The notes under the pieces: generated by a model
Databases searched by the model: none
The model's input: only the letters and a program-made list of their open reading frames with translations
What the model was told of the DNA's origin: nothing
Shown: one piece after another, positions 33,587-42,489 of the stretch
Position numbering within the stretch: the first letter of the stretch is position 1
How the letters are laid out: every line of letters begins with the position of its first letter
DNA from: Rhabdothermincola salaria
GTDB taxonomy: Bacteria > Actinomycetota > Acidimicrobiia > Acidimicrobiales > Acidimicrobilacustridaceae
Length of the DNA stretch: 64,000 nucleotides
Direction of reading: 5' to 3'
Assembly: GCF_021246445.1 (NCBI RefSeq)
Contig: NZ_JAJQXW010000001.1
Coordinates: 1,196,168 to 1,260,167 of the forward strand
Translations under genes and position numbers: made by a program

Positions 33587-35362
33587 GTGCTCAACAAGGT
33601 CCTCATCGCCAACCGCGGCGAGATCGCCGTACGCGTCATCCGTGCATGCCAAGAGATGGGCATCGCCACGGTGGCCGTGTACTCCGATCTCGACCGAGAT
33701 GCCCTACACGTCCGCCTCGCCGACGAGGCCTACGCCCTCGGAGGCCAGAGCGCCGCCGAGAGCTACCTCAACACCGAGGCCATCCTCGACGTCATCGAGC
33801 GCTCCGGCGCCGATGCGGTGCACCCCGGCTACGGGTTCTTCTCGGAGAACACCGACTTCGCCCGGGCCATCACCGAACGAGGCGTGGCCTTCGTCGGCCC
33901 GCCGCCCGAGGCCATCGAGGTCATGGGCGACAAGGTCTCGTCCCGCAAGGCGGCCGAAGCCGCCGGGGTGGCCGGCGTACCGGGTACGTCCGAGTTCCTC
34001 ACCTCCCACACCGAGGTCGTCGACTTCGGCGAGGAGTTCGGGTGGCCGGTCGCCATCAAGGCCGCCTACGGCGGCGGCGGGCGCGGCATGCGGGTCGTGC
34101 GCTCGGCCGAGGAGGCCGAGGAGGCCTTCAACTCGGCGCAGAGCGAGGCGCTCAAGGGCTTCGGCCGCGACGAGTGCTACGTCGAGAAGTACCTGACCTG
34201 GCCCCGCCACATCGAGATGCAGATCATCGGCGACACCCACGGCGACGTGGTGTGGGTGGCCGAGCGCGATTGCTCCGCCCAACGCCGTCACCAGAAGCTG
34301 GTCGAGGAGAGCCCGGCTCCGGCCTTCCCGGCCGAGATCCGCCAGGCCATGGGCGAGGCCGCCGTCAAGGTGGCCAAGGCCTGCGGCTACTACAACGCCG
34401 GCACCGTCGAGTTCCTGTACCAGGACGGCGAGTTCTTCTTCCTCGAGATGAACACCCGCCTGCAGGTCGAGCACCCCGTCACCGAGATGGTGTCGGGCCT
34501 CGACCTGGTGGCCGAGCAGCTGCGCGTCGCCGCCGGGGAGAAGCTCTCGTTCGGCCAGGACGACATCGTGCTCTCCGGCCACGCCATCGAGATCCGCATC
34601 AACGCCGAGGACCCGGCCGAGGGCAAGTTCCTGCCGTCCCCGGGCCACATCGAGACCATCGTCCCGCCGGCCGGCTTCGGCACCCGGTGGGACGGCGGCT
34701 ACGAGTCGGGCGACACCGTCAGCCAGTACTACGACAACCTGGTGGGCAAGCTCATCTGCTGGGGCGCCGACCGCGAGACGGCCATCCTGCGCACCCTGCG
34801 GGCCCTGCGCGAGTTCCGCATCGACGGCATCGCCACCACCATCCCCGCCGACATCGCCATCCTCGAGCACCCGGACTTCGTGGCGGCCACGCACTCCACC
34901 AAGTGGGTCGAGGACGTCCTCGACCTCACCGGCGTCACCGGGGGCGCCACTGGCTCCGGCGAGGACGGCGAGACCAAGGTCCAGCGCGACGTCGACGTCG
35001 AGGTCAACGGCAAGCGCTTCTCGGTCAAGATGTACATCCCCGAGTCCCAGGCCGGCGCCGTCGTCGCCGCCGGGGCGGCAGGCGCCGGGGCCGCTCCTGC
35101 CCGCGCCCGCCGTGGTGGCGGCTCGGGTGCCGGTGCCGCCGGCGGCGGGTCCGGTGCCGTGTCGGTCCCGATGCAGGGCACCATCGTCAAGGTCCTGGTC
35201 GAGGTCGGCCAGGAGGTCGAAGCGGGCGCCACCGTGTGTGTGCTCGAGGCCATGAAGATGGAGAACAACATCACTGCCGACAAGGCAGGCACCATCAAGG
35301 AGATCAAGGTGGCCGCGGGCGACTCCGTCGGTTCCGGCGACGTCGTCGTCGTCATCGAGTAG
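33587..35362 (+). CDS. Acetyl/propionyl-CoA carboxylase alpha subunit (biotin carboxylase + BCCP)
   Basis: KVLIANRGEIA, HPGYGF, GGGGRGMR, RDCSAQRRHQK, EMNTRLQVEHP, EAMKM biotin site; start GTG 33587. Confidence 0.96.
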   Translation: MLNKVLIANRGEIAVRVIRACQEMGIATVAVYSDLDRDALHVRLADEAYALGGQSAAESYLNTEAILDVIERSGADAVHPGYGFFSENTDFARAITERGVAFVGPPPEAIEVMGDKVSSRKAAEAAGVAGVPGTSEFLTSHTEVVDFGEEFGWPVAIKAAYGGGGRGMRVVRSAEEAEEAFNSAQSEALKGFGRDECYVEKYLTWPRHIEMQIIGDTHGDVVWVAERDCSAQRRHQKLVEESPAPAFPAEIRQAMGEAAVKVAKACGYYNAGTVEFLYQDGEFFFLEMNTRLQVEHPVTEMVSGLDLVAEQLRVAAGEKLSFGQDDIVLSGHAIEIRINAEDPAEGKFLPSPGHIETIVPPAGFGTRWDGGYESGDTVSQYYDNLVGKLICWGADRETAILRTLRALREFRIDGIATTIPADIAILEHPDFVAATHSTKWVEDVLDLTGVTGGATGSGEDGETKVQRDVDVEVNGKRFSVKMYIPESQAGAVVAAGAAGAGAAPARARRGGGSGAGAAGGGSGAVSVPMQGTIVKVLVEVGQEVEAGATVCVLEAMKMENNITADKAGTIKEIKVAAGDSVGSGDVVVVIE

Positions 35363-35385
35363 CCGCCACCTCGCACCGAGACGAG

Positions 35386-35426
35386 CGCGACGGAGGGCCG
35401 GCCCCGGGGGCCGGCCCTCCGTCGCG
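35386..35426. terminator. 19-bp stem hairpin between convergent genes
   Basis: CGCGACGGAGGGCCGGCCC-CGG-GGGCCGGCCCTCCGTCGCG. Confidence 0.7.
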
Positions 35427-35486
35427 TCCGGGCGGGACACCACCGCCGCGGTTCGGTCGATGGCGACCCTCAGCCGGGGACGACGA

Positions 35487-36026
35487 TCAACGGGTGGCGA
35501 CCACGATGGTGCCGCCGGCCTGGTCCGGCAGCCCCCGGTGCAGCGCCCCCCCACCGATCCCGGTGAACCACACGGCGAGCAGCATGGCCCCGGAGAACGG
35601 CACCGGGACGGCGTACGCCGCCCACGGGAGCAAGGCCCGCAGCAGAGCCTGGTCGGGCTTGGGGCGTTGTCCGTCGGTGTAGCGAGCCACACGGAGCCCG
35701 AAGAGCCACTTGCCAACGGTACGGCCCCACAACGCCACGGTCACGACCTCGTAGACGAGGCCCACTCCCAGCACGAGCCAGGGCAACCACGAGGGCAGGT
35801 CGACCTGCACCTGCCCCTCGATCTCCGACACCGAGAAGGAGGCCACGATGAGGGCCGGGACGGCCACCAGCAGGAGATCGAGGCCTCGGGCACCGAAGCG
35901 GGGCCCGGGCGCGGCCAGGGCGTTTGGGCCCCGCGCCGGGAAGTCCTCGGGCCCGGGCACTCGCCGCGAGGAGGTGGACGTCACGGGTGGCACCCCGACG
36001 TCGCGGTGCTCTTCGCCATCAGCCAC
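35487..36026 (-). CDS. RDD family membrane protein
   Basis: RFGARGLD, GRTVGKWLFGLRV, RGLPDQAGGTIVV. Confidence 0.85.
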   Translation of the reverse strand: MADGEEHRDVGVPPVTSTSSRRVPGPEDFPARGPNALAAPGPRFGARGLDLLLVAVPALIVASFSVSEIEGQVQVDLPSWLPWLVLGVGLVYEVVTVALWGRTVGKWLFGLRVARYTDGQRPKPDQALLRALLPWAAYAVPVPFSGAMLLAVWFTGIGGGALHRGLPDQAGGTIVVATR

Positions 36027-36038
36027 ACCGCCACCCTC

Positions 36039-37397
36039 TCACTCGGCGGCGTCGGAAAGGGCCTCGGCGAGCGTCGGGTGCACCAGCAGGCTCTCGTAGA
36101 TGTCGTGCACCCGCAGACCGGCCGTGACGGCGAGGGCGATGACCGAGATGAGCTCAGCGGCGCGGCGGCCCACGATGGAACCACCCAGGATCACTCCGGT
36201 GGCCGGGTCCGAGATGATCTTGACGAACCCTCGGGGGTCGTTCTCGATGAGCGCCTTGGCGTTGGCCGAGAACGGCACCTTGGTGACCCGGATCTTGCGT
36301 CCCTCGGCGAAGGCGTCGGCCTCGGCGAGGCCCACGTCGGCGATCTCGGGCACCGTGAAGATGGCCGAGGCGGCCTTGTCGTAGTCGAGGTGGCGGTGGG
36401 CTCCGCCGTGCAGGCCCATGGCGTGCTCGGCGATCTTGCGGCCCTGCATGGAGGCGACCGATGACAGCGGGAGCTTGCCCGAGAGATCGCCGGCGGCGTA
36501 GATGTTCGGAACCGACGACTGGCAGTTGTGGTTCACGACCACGTAGCCGTCGCGCTGCTCGACGCCGGCGGCGTCGAGACCGAGCGTCTCGGAGTTGGGG
36601 ACCGAGCCGATGGCCAACAGCACGTGGGATCCCTGCGCCTTGCGGCCGTCGTCGCACTGCACCGTGACCCCGTCGTCGTCGGTGTCGATGCCCACCGCAC
36701 GGGCGCCTTTGTAGAGCCGCACCCCTCGGGCGATGAAGTCGTCCTCGAGGGCGGCCGCGACCTCGGGGTCCTTGTTGGGCAGTACCTGTTGACGGCTCAC
36801 GATGAGGGTGACCTGGCAGCCGAACGACGAGAACATGTGCACGAACTCGACGCCGGTGACTCCGGAGCCGACCACGACGAGGTGCTCGGGGAGCTGGGGC
36901 GGCGGGTACGCGTCGCGAGTGGTGAGCACCCGCGTGCCGTCGATGGAGGCCCAGTCGGGGATCCGGGGGCGGCTGCCGGTGGAGAGCACCACGGTGTCGG
37001 CCTCGATCTCGAGGGGACCGGCGGCCGTCTCGGCGACCACCTGGTTGGGCCCCACCAGCCGGCCGGCGCCCTCGACCATGCGGACGCCTTGGCTCTCCAA
37101 CAGCTCGACGCCGGAGGTCTCGAGGCGCTCCTCGATCGAGCGGATGCGTTCGGCGAGGGCGTCGAAATCGAGCTCGGCGCTGACGTTGCGCAGGCCCATG
37201 CCCTCGGCCTTGCTCAGTCGCGCCAACGCCCCGCCGGTGGCGATCATGGCCTTGGACGGGATGCAGTCCCAGAGGTGGGCGGCTCCGCCGACCACGTCCT
37301 TTTCGATCATCGTGACTTCGGCACCGAGTCGGGCCGCGTGGGTGGCCGCGGTGTTGCCCGCCGGTCCCCCACCGATGATCACGAAGCGTTTGGCCAT
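36039..37397 (-). CDS. lpdA: NAD(P)H-quinone reductase, mycobacterial LpdA-type flavoprotein
   Basis: IGGGPAG, GGAAHLWDCIPSK (single Cys), VGSGVTGVEF, YAAGD, VHPTL. Confidence 0.85.
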   Translation of the reverse strand: MAKRFVIIGGGPAGNTAATHAARLGAEVTMIEKDVVGGAAHLWDCIPSKAMIATGGALARLSKAEGMGLRNVSAELDFDALAERIRSIEERLETSGVELLESQGVRMVEGAGRLVGPNQVVAETAAGPLEIEADTVVLSTGSRPRIPDWASIDGTRVLTTRDAYPPPQLPEHLVVVGSGVTGVEFVHMFSSFGCQVTLIVSRQQVLPNKDPEVAAALEDDFIARGVRLYKGARAVGIDTDDDGVTVQCDDGRKAQGSHVLLAIGSVPNSETLGLDAAGVEQRDGYVVVNHNCQSSVPNIYAAGDLSGKLPLSSVASMQGRKIAEHAMGLHGGAHRHLDYDKAASAIFTVPEIADVGLAEADAFAEGRKIRVTKVPFSANAKALIENDPRGFVKIISDPATGVILGGSIVGRRAAELISVIALAVTAGLRVHDIYESLLVHPTLAEALSDAAE

Positions 37398-37484
37398 GGG
37401 CGAGAGGCTACTGGCGGCACCACCGCTGTCGGACCGCCCCCGCGAGGCCCGGATGCGGCCGAGGAGCCCGCGAGGCCCGGGTGC

Positions 37485-38270
37485 TCAGCTGGCGACCCGG
37501 GCGAGGGGGACCAGGCGGTGGTCGCGGGTGAACAGGCGCCGGGTCAGCCCCAGGCCGATGACGGTGACGCTGCAGGCCACCGATCCGAGGATCAGGTACA
37601 TGATCGCCAGCTGCACCAGCACGGCGTCACCGGCGTCGACCCCCGCCAGGATGAGGCCGGTCATCGCTCCGGGGAGGAACACCAGCCCCACGGCCTTGGT
37701 GGACTCGATCTGGGGCACCAACGCGGTTCGCAGGGCGGCGCGGACGTAGGGTCGGGCTGCCTCGGGCCATGGCTGCCCGAGCGCCAGGCGAGCCTCCACC
37801 TCGTCGCGCTTGTCGGCCAGCTCGCCCACGATGCGACGGGCGACGATGACGCTGGCGGTCATCGAGTTGCCGATCATCATCCCGGCGAGAGGGACGATGG
37901 TGCGTCCCTCCATGGGGAAGATCTCCAGCCCGAACACGACGCTCAGGCTGACGATCACCACCACGGCCATGGCCAGCACCGCCAGCCCGGCCAGGCCGGG
38001 CACCTCCCGGGCCCGATTGCGCACGGTGACCCCGGCGAACACGACCATGCCGACCACCCACAGCCAGGACCAGGCCAGCGGGGCATCCGGATCGAGGACG
38101 AGGACCAGGGCGGCGCCGACCGCGAGCAGCTGCACACCGGCCCGGGCCGACGCCCACAGGATCGAACGGTTGAGCCCGAGCCGCTGCCAGCCCGACAGGC
38201 CGAGCGCCACCGCCACCAGCACGAGCGAGGCCGCCAGCCCGCCGACGCCGATGGCCGCCGTCGAGCTCAT
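37485..38270 (-). CDS. ABC permease, UPF0014 (FetB/YbbM-like)
   Basis: RAGVQLLAVG, PLAGMMIGNSM, VEARLALG, VGLVFLPGAMTGLILAG; start ATG 38270. Confidence 0.88.
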   Translation of the reverse strand: MSSTAAIGVGGLAASLVLVAVALGLSGWQRLGLNRSILWASARAGVQLLAVGAALVLVLDPDAPLAWSWLWVVGMVVFAGVTVRNRAREVPGLAGLAVLAMAVVVIVSLSVVFGLEIFPMEGRTIVPLAGMMIGNSMTASVIVARRIVGELADKRDEVEARLALGQPWPEAARPYVRAALRTALVPQIESTKAVGLVFLPGAMTGLILAGVDAGDAVLVQLAIMYLILGSVACSVTVIGLGLTRRLFTRDHRLVPLARVAS

Positions 38271-39013
38271 GCCGCCTCTCCCGCGTCTCCGGGCGAGCCT
38301 CCCGGGCCTTCGGGCGCCTCCCCCGGGTCGTCCTGGTCCAGGTAGCGGCGCCGCTCGTCGTCGTCGGCCCGCCGGCCGTCGACCAGCACCACGACCTCGT
38401 CGGCGATGCGGCGGGCCTGGCGCAGGTCGTGGGTGACCCACACCACGGTGATCCCGTCGTCGACCAGGCGCCGGGCCAGGTCCTCCACGCCGTTGCGGGA
38501 GGTCGGGTCGAGCGATGACGTGACCTCGTCCATCAACACGATGTCCGGTCGGGTCAGCAGCGTGCGGGCCAGGCACATCCGCTGGGCCTCGCCGCCGGAG
38601 AGGTCGTCGGCGCCCCGTTCGAGCAGCGAGACCGGGAGGCCCACCCGTTCCAGGGCCCGAGCCAGCTCCTCGGCGGGAGCGGTGGGCGCGGCCACGGCCA
38701 GGTTGTCGCGCACGCTGCCGGGGAAGGGCGTGGGCCGCTGGAACACCATCCCGACCCGGCGCCGCAGGGCCAGCGGGTCGGTGCCGGCGGTGTCGAGCCC
38801 GCCGACGAGCACCCGTCCCGCCGAGGGGACCTCGAGGCGGTTGGCGAGGCGCAGCAGGGTGGACTTGCCCGACCCCGAGGGACCGGCCAGGACCGTGAGG
38901 CGCGCCTCGAACACGTCGAGGTCCACCCCGCGAAGGATCTCGCTGCCGTCCGCGGCCGTCACGTGCACCCCCTCGAAGCGCAGCACCGGCTCGGGCATCG
39001 GCGGGTCGTCCAC
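38267..39013 (-). CDS. ABC ATPase (FetA/YbbL-like)
   Basis: [32 protein letters not shown]; start estimated. Confidence 0.88.
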   Translation of the reverse strand: MDDPPMPEPVLRFEGVHVTAADGSEILRGVDLDVFEARLTVLAGPSGSGKSTLLRLANRLEVPSAGRVLVGGLDTAGTDPLALRRRVGMVFQRPTPFPGSVRDNLAVAAPTAPAEELARALERVGLPVSLLERGADDLSGGEAQRMCLARTLLTRPDIVLMDEVTSSLDPTSRNGVEDLARRLVDDGITVVWVTHDLRQARRIADEVVVLVDGRRADDDERRRYLDQDDPGEAPEGPGGSPGDAGEAA

Positions 39014-39105
39014 CAGCCCAGCGTTCCAGCCCACGCCACCGCGCGCCACGCTGATCCGACCACCATGCCCCCCCACGAGAACCACCCCACCCCGGCGCCC
39101 ACCCA

Positions 39106-39144
39106 GGCGGCCGATGGGAGCGCCAGCGACCCGGCCGCACCGCG
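39106..39144 (-). repeat. Dispersed copy of family-A palindromic repeat
   Basis: Reverse complement CGCGGT-GCGGCCG-GGTCGCTGGCGCTCCCAT-CGGCCGC matches 18906-18943 with an identical core. Confidence 0.85.
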
Positions 39145-39203
39145 GGGCCCCGCGCCGCCATGGACATGACACCTGCCGGGCCCGCCTCTTAGGCTGCGAG
39201 ACC

Positions 39204-41366
39204 GTGAGCAACGACGCCGAGACCTCCGAGACCGCTGCGCCCACCCTCGACGACTGGAGGGCAGCCGCCAGCAAGGACCTGAAGGGCGCCGACCCGTCGA
39301 CGCTGGTCACCACGACCCCCGAGGGCATCGAGGTCAAGCCCCTCTACACCGCGGAGGACGTCGCGGAGCTGTCCACCGACACCCTCCCGGGCTTCGCCCC
39401 CTTCACCCGGGGTGTGCGAGCGACGATGTACACGGGCCGGGCGTGGACGTTGCGCCAGTACGCCGGCTTCTCCACCGCGGAGGAGTCCAACGCCTTCTAC
39501 CGCCGGAACCTCGCCGCGGGCCAGATGGGCCTGTCCGTCGCCTTCGACCTCGCCACCCACCGGGGCTACGACTCCGACCACCCCCGGGTGGTGGGCGATG
39601 TGGGCAAGGCCGGGGTGGCCATCGATTCCGTGGAGGACATGAAGATCCTGTTCGACGGCATCCCGCTCGACAAGATGAGCGTGTCGATGACCATGAACGG
39701 GGCCGTGATCCCCGTGCTGGCCATGTTCGTCGTGGCCGGCGAGGAGCAGGGCGTCGACCGCTCGGTGCTGGCCGGGACCATCCAGAACGACATCCTCAAG
39801 GAGTTCATGGTCCGCAACACCTACATCTATCCGCCCGAGCCCAGCATGCGGATCGTGGCCGACATCATCGCTTTCACGGCCACCGACATGCCGAAGTTCA
39901 ACTCGATCTCGATCTCCGGCTACCACATGCAAGAAGCCGGCGCCACGGCGGTGCAGGAGCTGGCCTTCACCATCGCCGACGGCAAGGAGTACGTGCGGGC
40001 TGCGCTGGCCAACGGCCTCGACGTCGACGCCTTCGCCGGGCGCCTGTCGTTCTTCTTCGCCATCGGCATGGACTTCTTCATGGAGGTCGCCAAGCTGCGC
40101 GCCGCCCGGGTGCTGTGGCATCGGGTCATGTCGGAGTTCGACCCGAAGAACCCGAAGTCGCTGATGCTGCGCACCCACTGCCAGACGTCCGGCGTCTCGC
40201 TCACCGAGTCCGATCCGTACAACAACGTGGTGCGCACCACCATCGAGGCCATGGCCGCGGTGCTCGGCGGCACCCAGAGCCTTCACACCAACGCCTTCGA
40301 CGAGGCGCTCGGCCTGCCCACCGACTTCAGCGCCCGCATCGCCCGCAACACCCAGCTGGTGATCGCGGACGAGTCCGGCGTGACCCGCACCGTCGACCCG
40401 CTCGGTGGCAGCTACTACGTCGAAGCGCTCACCAACGACCTCGTCGACGCCGCCTGGGAGCTCATCTGCGAGGTGGAGGAGCTGGGCGGGATGACCAAGG
40501 CCGTCGAGACCGGCATGCCGAAGCTCCGCATCGAGGAGTCGGCCGCCCGGAGGCAGGCACGCGTCGACCGGGGTGAGGACGTCGTCGTGGGCGTCAACAA
40601 GTACGTCCCCGAGGACCCGGAGATGGTGGACGTCCTCGACATCGACAACACCAAGGTGCGTGAGGGCCAGATCGCCAAGCTCGAGCAGATCCGGGCCAGC
40701 CGCGACGACGAGGCCTGCCGAGCCGCCCTCGATGCGCTCGCCGAAGGGGCCAAGGGCGACGGCAACGTCCTGGCCCTGGCCATCGAGGCCGCCCGGGCCC
40801 GGGCCACGCTCGGCGAGATCTCCGATGCGATGGAGGCGGTGTTCGGCCGCCACACCGCCGAGGTCCGTACCATCTCCAACGTGTACAGCGAAGGCTACGA
40901 GGAGGACGAGGACTTCCTGGCGCTCCAGAAGGAGATCGCCGCCTTCGCCGAGGCCGAAGGCCGTCGACCCCGCATGTTGGTGGCCAAGATGGGCCAGGAC
41001 GGGCACGACCGGGGTGCCAAGGTCATCGCCACCGCCTTCGCCGACCTGGGCTTCGACGTCGACATGGGCCCGCTGTTCCAGACCCCGGCGGAAGCGGCCC
41101 GCGACGCCGTCGAGCACGACGTGCACCTGGTGGGCGTCTCCAGCCAGGCCGCGGGCCACAAGACGCTGGTGCCCCAGCTCATCGAGGAGTTGGACAAGGC
41201 CGGAGCCGGCGACACGCTCGTGGTGTGCGGAGGCGTCATCCCCCCGCAGGACTACCCCATGCTCACCGAGGCCGGGGTGGCCGCCATCTTCGGCCCCGGC
41301 ACCAAGATCCCTGCCGCGGCCCGCAAGGTCCTGGCGTTGCTCTCCGACGGCCGCCCGGCCGTCTGA
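39204..41366 (+). CDS. scpA: Methylmalonyl-CoA mutase (full-length, with B12-binding domain)
   Basis: [57 protein letters not shown]; start GTG 39204. Confidence 0.96.
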   Translation: MSNDAETSETAAPTLDDWRAAASKDLKGADPSTLVTTTPEGIEVKPLYTAEDVAELSTDTLPGFAPFTRGVRATMYTGRAWTLRQYAGFSTAEESNAFYRRNLAAGQMGLSVAFDLATHRGYDSDHPRVVGDVGKAGVAIDSVEDMKILFDGIPLDKMSVSMTMNGAVIPVLAMFVVAGEEQGVDRSVLAGTIQNDILKEFMVRNTYIYPPEPSMRIVADIIAFTATDMPKFNSISISGYHMQEAGATAVQELAFTIADGKEYVRAALANGLDVDAFAGRLSFFFAIGMDFFMEVAKLRAARVLWHRVMSEFDPKNPKSLMLRTHCQTSGVSLTESDPYNNVVRTTIEAMAAVLGGTQSLHTNAFDEALGLPTDFSARIARNTQLVIADESGVTRTVDPLGGSYYVEALTNDLVDAAWELICEVEELGGMTKAVETGMPKLRIEESAARRQARVDRGEDVVVGVNKYVPEDPEMVDVLDIDNTKVREGQIAKLEQIRASRDDEACRAALDALAEGAKGDGNVLALAIEAARARATLGEISDAMEAVFGRHTAEVRTISNVYSEGYEEDEDFLALQKEIAAFAEAEGRRPRMLVAKMGQDGHDRGAKVIATAFADLGFDVDMGPLFQTPAEAARDAVEHDVHLVGVSSQAAGHKTLVPQLIEELDKAGAGDTLVVCGGVIPPQDYPMLTEAGVAAIFGPGTKIPAAARKVLALLSDGRPAV

Positions 41367-41387
41367 GCGCCTGAGCGCCTCCCCGTC

Positions 41388-42377
41388 GTGACCGTCCCGA
41401 TCCCCGACCCCGGCCGCCTCGTCGAAGGCATCCGGGGCGGAGATCGACGGGCCCTGGCCCGGGCCATCACCCTGGCCGAGTCGACGCGGGCTGATCACCG
41501 CACGGTGGCCGACGAGGTGCTCGACACGTTGGCCCCGGAGACCGGGGGGGCCCGCCGGGTGGGCATCTCCGGCCCCCCCGGGGTGGGCAAGTCCACCTTC
41601 ATCGAGGCGCTCGGCACCCACGTCATCGACGAAGGCCACCGCGTGGCGGTGCTGGCGGTCGACCCGTCGAGCCGGCGCACCGGTGGGTCCATCCTCGGCG
41701 ACAAGACCCGCATGGGCGAGCTCTCTCGTCGCGCCGATGCGTTCATCCGGCCCTCCCCCGGCGCCGGCCAGCTCGGAGGGGTGGCCCGCCGCACCCGCGA
41801 AGCGATGTTGCTCTGCGAGGCCTTCGGGTTCGACGTGGTGATCGTCGAGACCATCGGAGTCGGCCAGTCCGAGGTGGCGGTGGCCGACATGGTCGATCTC
41901 TTCCTGCTCCTCGTGGCCCCCGGCGGCGGCGACGAGCTGCAGGGCATCAAGCGGGGCATCATGGAGCTCGCCGACCTGGTGGTGGTCAACAAGGCCGACG
42001 GCGATCTGGCCTCCGCCGCGGGTCGCACCCGGGCCGACTACGCGGCCGCCGTGCACCTGTTGCGCCCGAAGTGGCACAGCTGGGCCACCGAGGTGCTGGC
42101 GTGCTCGGCTCTCACCGGCAGCGGCGTCGACGACGTGTGGGACGCGATCGACCGTTTCGACACCGCCGTGCGCAGCTCCCGAGAGCTCGACGACGCCCGC
42201 GCCCGCCAGGCCACCGCCTGGCTGTGGAGCGAGATCTCCGATGCGCTGATCGACCGGTTCCGCGCCGACCCCACCGTGGCCGGTCTGGTGGGTGCGGTCG
42301 AAGCCGACGTGGCCTCCGGCCGGGTGTCCCCCACCGTGGCCGCCCGCCGCCTCCTCGACAGCTTCGGCGGGCGTTGA
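41388..42377 (+). CDS. meaB: Methylmalonyl-CoA mutase-associated GTPase
   Basis: GPPGVGKST, AVDPSS, GGSILGDKTRM, ETIGVGQSE, GDELQGIKRG, NKAD. Confidence 0.95.
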   Translation: MTVPIPDPGRLVEGIRGGDRRALARAITLAESTRADHRTVADEVLDTLAPETGGARRVGISGPPGVGKSTFIEALGTHVIDEGHRVAVLAVDPSSRRTGGSILGDKTRMGELSRRADAFIRPSPGAGQLGGVARRTREAMLLCEAFGFDVVIVETIGVGQSEVAVADMVDLFLLLVAPGGGDELQGIKRGIMELADLVVVNKADGDLASAAGRTRADYAAAVHLLRPKWHSWATEVLACSALTGSGVDDVWDAIDRFDTAVRSSRELDDARARQATAWLWSEISDALIDRFRADPTVAGLVGAVEADVASGRVSPTVAARRLLDSFGGR

Positions 42378-42489
42378 GGCACCACGCGCAACGAACCGAG
42401 CCCCGCCTCTCGCGGCGTCATCGGGGCGCAGAGGGCCCACTAGGGTGCGTCCGTCGGTGTACGCGTCCATGGTCCGGCGGAAGGTGCAG

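Noticed and set aside
36039..37397. Dihydrolipoamide dehydrogenase or a pseudogene lacking a catalytic Cys
   Set aside because: The single-Cys motif is typical of actinobacterial LpdA quinone reductases, which lie near the acyl-CoA carboxylase gene
39014..39203. Cobalamin riboswitch upstream of methylmalonyl-CoA mutase
   Set aside because: No B12-box motifs recognised; the structure present is repeat A, and scpA looks leaderless
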